Shown here one piece after another: positions 60,040-64,000 of a stretch of DNA of 64,000 nucleotides. The notes beneath the pieces are model-generated. The model did no database searches. It worked only from the letters and a program-made list of their open reading frames with translations, and was not told the DNA's origin. Location of the stretch: the NCBI GenBank assembly GCA_963666285.1, contig OY762711.1. The stretch is one strand, 5' to 3'. Within the stretch, counting starts at the first letter, position 1, and every line of letters starts with the position of its first letter. The position numbers were made by a program, and so were the translations under genes. This stretch comes from Sedimentisphaerales bacterium. Its GTDB lineage: Bacteria; Planctomycetota; Phycisphaerae; Sedimentisphaerales; SM23-30.

Positions 60040-63000
60040 CTATTGAATTTTAACATTATCGATCCAGACATATTTATATATCCTTTGACCATTTTCGTCA
60101 TAACTCCAGCTACCTTCATAATCCTGAGAGAATTCCCATTTAAAGGAATGCAGACCATCGGTAACAGGGAACGATACCAATTGCCAGTCAAGATTGCCGG
60201 ACCATTGTCCCTGCAGGCAATCATCGATATAGAAATTCAGAGAGTCCCAGGTTTCTTCAGTAGATGTCTTAACTGCAAAGCTGATGTTGTCGCAGAAGGT
60301 AGTATCCAAATCAATATATATAATACTGCGTTGCGGTTCCTGCCAGGCAGAACTTCTTGACTTAAGGCAATAACTTCCTTCATAGGGCAAATAAGCAATT
60401 ACTTCCCACCTGGAATTAATGAATTGGAAATCTGAAGATTGAAGATTTATATTTTCGAAATCTTCGCTAAAGGAATTATCAATATTATTAAAGAGAAGCC
60501 ATTGATTAGTAAACTCAGTCAGATCGAGGATATCGACAATAGTGTCATCATTCAGATCTGCAGCACTGCACGGCATAGCCTGGCTACATCCTGAGGCCAG
60601 CCAGTATTGAGACAATAGAGCAAACTCATCCATATTTACGGTTTCGACAATATTGATTTTTACCGGAATAGTAATATCGGCACCATGATCCAGGGAAACA
60701 ACAATTTCACTTTCATTAATACCAACAGGCAGTGAACCTGAGTCAATATTGACATTGACCTGCTGAGATTGGCCCAGAGCAGTAATAGTACCAGCCTGAG
60801 GAGTAAACGATGTCTGCCATGGGCAATTTGAACCAGTATCAACAGTCCAGTTAACAGCATGAGAAGAAACGGATAACAGGTTCAAATCAACCGCTGCAGA
60901 GCCACCTTCGGGCAATGTAATTTCGAGCGTGTTCGGAAGGACTACGCAACCCTGCCAGGTAAGTACCGGATAAAAACCGTCAGGCAGATACCAGCCAGCC
61001 GGTAAGGAACCACTAAGATCCCATCCAGCATCAGTAAAGGTAGCCATATCCTGCATTTGTATTGAAGTGCAGCCTGTCCCGCCAAAGCTTGAAGCCTGGC
61101 CAGAAGTCTGGGTGTCCCAGAAGCAGCTCTCGGTTATACTTTCAATACTATCACCACAGAAACCGCCAATAAGGTTGGTAGCGGCTTCGCTGGAAACAAT
61201 CCCCGTAGAATAACAGGCATAAATACCGGAGAAATCATTGAATCCGCAGAAACCGCCGATCGAAGATGAATCGCCCATCCCATTTGCTTTACCGGTCGCA
61301 AAGCAGTTTTCGATAATACCTTCACTGTTTGAACCGCAGAAACCACCAATGTTATTTTCACCCGAGACATTTCCCACAGCAAAAGAGTAAGTAATATTAC
61401 CGCCGTAATTTTCACCACACAGCCCACCAATAAACTGCGAATAATCACCGCCAATAATAGTGACAGCGGCACATGAACTATCAATGATCCCATTGGCAGC
61501 ATTATAACCACAAATACCGCCAATATAATCGGAACCTTCTGGACAATTTATTGTGCCGGCAGTATAACAGTTTTGAATTGAACCACCGCAGTTCTTTCCA
61601 CAAATTATACCAATATTATATGATCTAATACCTGCATGAATAGTAAAGTTTTCCAGGCCAAGATTCTGCACTAATGCAGTTGGGCCCAACTCACCAAACA
61701 AACCCAGGTAGTCACAATCAAGCTGATCTGGATCAATGGTAAGATTTTTGATAACATGACCGTCACCATCAAACACAGCGTTGAATTGAGCCCCCTGGAA
61801 AAATGATTTTACCCTATCATTATCAGGTGAAACCGGGGCAGAAATGAAAGTGTGTCCTTCAAGGTCGAGATCGCAAGTAAGCTTAACATATACACCTTCG
61901 GACCAGTATAATGAATCATTATCAGGATTTCTAAACATATAGAAATCAGAAATATCGTTAATCAGGTAGGGCGAGCTTTCCGTACCGGAACCTGCCAGTA
62001 CCTGAGTTGTACCAAAAGATAATGTGAGATTTACTGAGACACCAACAGCAACAGCACTGCCAGCCGAATATGATTGAGCTATAACAAGATTTTCCGGAAT
62101 CGTATCAGAATAGTCATAACTGATATTGCCTACAACAAAACCATTGTCAGATAAAAGGTCGACGGCATCAGAAAAGCTTAGATTAGTAAGATCAGGCATT
62201 AATACAAAATCAGCCTGCCAGGACAATACCGGATAATCTTCCATAGCCCAGATATCTTCTATACCATTATCAGTTTCGATTATCAGATCCCAACCGGCAT
62301 CAAGGTAGGTGTTGATGTCCTGCATCTCAGTTGTAGTTTTGCCAATAGCACCAAAGTTATCGGTATCAGATGTACTCAAACTTTCTTTGTCAATATCCCA
62401 AAAACAATTACTCACAGCCTCATCGCCTACCATGCCAGCACCGATCATACCTCCAGTATTTTTCCAGCCAGATACAGAACCAGCCGCATAACAATTATGA
62501 ATTTCACCTGTAAGCGTACCAATCCCCCCCCCGGTATTTTCATGTCCAATTACTGAGCCCATCGAGTAACAATTACTTATAACCCCACTATTTGAACCAA
62601 CAAGTCCACCAGTATTTTCATCCCTACCTGCCACATCACCAGAACTACAACTAGTATTAACAAGTCCACTATTAGTACCACAAAGACCTCCGATGCTGTT
62701 TATACCTTTAATATCAACATCTGAACTGCAATTTGATATATCCCCACCGTTATTCACTCCTACAATCCCACCTATGACGGCGTAACCCAAAATATCTCCT
62801 GACGCAGAACAACCTGTTATTTTGCCAAAATTTTCCCCGGCAATTGCACCGACATATGTTTTCCCAGTAATGCAACCCTCAAAAGAAGAATCAATAATAC
62901 TGCCATAATTTCTTTGTGCCAAACCACCAACATTAATCCCATCTGGAGCATAAATGAAACCAGAAACATGACAGTTTATGATGCTGCCATTATTTCTTTG

Positions 63001-64000
63001 TGCCAAACCACTAACATTAATCCCATCTGGTGAATAAATAAAACCAGAAACATGACAGTTTATGATGCTGCCATTATTTTCATTAGCTATTACACCGGAA
63101 GCACCTGTTGCCATAACATCCTTTACGATCAGATTTTTGATCGTGCCTGAAAAATTAAAAAACAGTGAAGGTGAATACGAACTTATTGAATGGCCATTTC
63201 CATCAAATTCGCCTATGAAAGAATCTTTTGAAAAATAACACTTCGAAGAATCAACATCAATCATCAATTCATAGTATCCTGATCGAAGATGTGGATTACT
63301 GCAAAACTCATTTACATCATCAATACTATCAATAATGAACGGGGCATCCTTATACCCGGTACCAGTTAGTGTAGTTGAAATTGAATCCAGAAAATATGGC
63401 GGCTCAAACCCTGGAGAATCCTGCCAGTATAATCTAGGCATATAGCCAGGTTCGATCACCCAAAAGTCATCTATTCCATCAGAAGAATCGCCGGTAAAAT
63501 CAAAGCCGACAAAACTGGCTTTATCCTGCAGCTGCTGATCATCAAGAGCTACACCATATCCATTATCGCAGCAGGTGAATTTATAAAAATAACAATTATC
63601 GATCGCACTGCTTGATCCAACATCACCAACAAACCCTCCATTAATAACTCTACCGGTACAATAACAGCAAGACACTGTACCATAATTTTTATAGACCAAA
63701 CTCCCAATTTCCCTGGAATAACAGTTTGAAATAATACCACCATCATAATTAGAATGTACCATTCCATCCGGAGTAAAGCAGCAGGAAATATTTCCATAAT
63801 TTCTATAGACCAGATCACAACCATCTGTTTTGTCACCATTGAAATAGCAATTAGCCACACTGCCATAGTTTGTACCGATAAGCCCACAGCCACCATAGAC
63901 ATTTGCACTTGAAAAGCAACCTGTCACATCACCATAGTTTGTGTAAATAAGCCCATCACCACCAGAAACAGTTCCCTTAGAAGAACAATTAGTAATAGTG
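60040..64000 (-). CDS. Large surface protein with GLUG repeats, PASTA domain and dockerin-like segment (5' end beyond the window)
   Basis: GGLxGxN/NCYxxG repeats, FDGNGH, MPDLTNLS...VIAQS, ADLNDDTIVDILDL. Confidence 0.85.
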   Translation of the reverse strand, partial: TITNCSSKGTVSGGDGLIYTNYGDVTGCFSSANVYGGCGLIGTNYGSVANCYFNGDKTDGCDLVYRNYGNISCCFTPDGMVHSNYDGGIISNCYSREIGSLVYKNYGTVSCCYCTGRVINGGFVGDVGSSSAIDNCYFYKFTCCDNGYGVALDDQQLQDKASFVGFDFTGDSSDGIDDFWVIEPGYMPRLYWQDSPGFEPPYFLDSISTTLTGTGYKDAPFIIDSIDDVNEFCSNPHLRSGYYELMIDVDSSKCYFSKDSFIGEFDGNGHSISSYSPSLFFNFSGTIKNLIVKDVMATGASGVIANENNGSIINCHVSGFIYSPDGINVSGLAQRNNGSIINCHVSGFIYAPDGINVGGLAQRNYGSIIDSSFEGCITGKTYVGAIAGENFGKITGCSASGDILGYAVIGGIVGVNNGGDISNCSSDVDIKGINSIGGLCGTNSGLVNTSCSSGDVAGRDENTGGLVGSNSGVISNCYSMGSVIGHENTGGGIGTLTGEIHNCYAAGSVSGWKNTGGMIGAGMVGDEAVSNCFWDIDKESLSTSDTDNFGAIGKTTTEMQDINTYLDAGWDLIIETDNGIEDIWAMEDYPVLSWQADFVLMPDLTNLSFSDAVDLLSDNGFVVGNISYDYSDTIPENLVIAQSYSAGSAVAVGVSVNLTLSFGTTQVLAGSGTESSPYLINDISDFYMFRNPDNDSLYWSEGVYVKLTCDLDLEGHTFISAPVSPDNDRVKSFFQGAQFNAVFDGDGHVIKNLTIDPDQLDCDYLGLFGELGPTALVQNLGLENFTIHAGIRSYNIGIICGKNCGGSIQNCYTAGTINCPEGSDYIGGICGYNAANGIIDSSCAAVTIIGGDYSQFIGGLCGENYGGNITYSFAVGNVSGENNIGGFCGSNSEGIIENCFATGKANGMGDSSSIGGFCGFNDFSGIYACYSTGIVSSEAATNLIGGFCGDSIESITESCFWDTQTSGQASSFGGTGCTSIQMQDMATFTDAGWDLSGSLPAGWYLPDGFYPVLTWQGCVVLPNTLEITLPEGGSAAVDLNLLSVSSHAVNWTVDTGSNCPWQTSFTPQAGTITALGQSQQVNVNIDSGSLPVGINESEIVVSLDHGADITIPVKINIVETVNMDEFALLSQYWLASGCSQAMPCSAADLNDDTIVDILDLTEFTNQWLLFNNIDNSFSEDFENINLQSSDFQFINSRWEVIAYLPYEGSYCLKSRSSAWQEPQRSIIYIDLDTTFCDNISFAVKTSTEETWDSLNFYIDDCLQGQWSGNLDWQLVSFPVTDGLHSFKWEFSQDYEGSWSYDENGQRIYKYVWIDNVKIQ

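Overview
Bacterial chromosome segment. The gene content (GLUG/PASTA/dockerin-like surface protein, H-X9-DG proteins, FG-GAP/ASPIC protein, sulfatase, ECF sigma factors) suggests Planctomycetota, probably Phycisphaerae/Sedimentisphaerales; this is an inference. Ordinary content: an Mla ABC operon with a STAS/RsbW pair, two ECF sigma/anti-sigma pairs, tRNA-Asp, a TRAP transporter, Rrf2+TauE, a type II secretion cluster, cysK and ogt. The features most worth a second look are: (1) an IS110/IS1111-type element whose ends, TG core, pre-insertion target and 3' bridge/seek RNA guide loops can be read directly from the sequence; (2) a lipoprotein with an in-frame UGA, a SECIS-like hairpin and a U-G-G-T-C motif (candidate selenoprotein); (3) a module of a tiny secreted propeptide, a sigma4-like/TPR-like protein and a divergent Cys-rich peptide sharing a 12-bp upstream motif (candidate peptide-signalling system); (4) about 10 copies of a composite intergenic repeat, all on the same strand, in whose clusters both a group II intron (YADN RT, GAGCG 5' end) and the IS110 inserted; (5) a TPR-MBL protein with 13 near-identical, combinatorially varied 102-bp units; (6) a fused MTase-REase flanked by 35-bp direct repeats behind tRNA-Asp. 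All calls come from manual reading; no searches were run.
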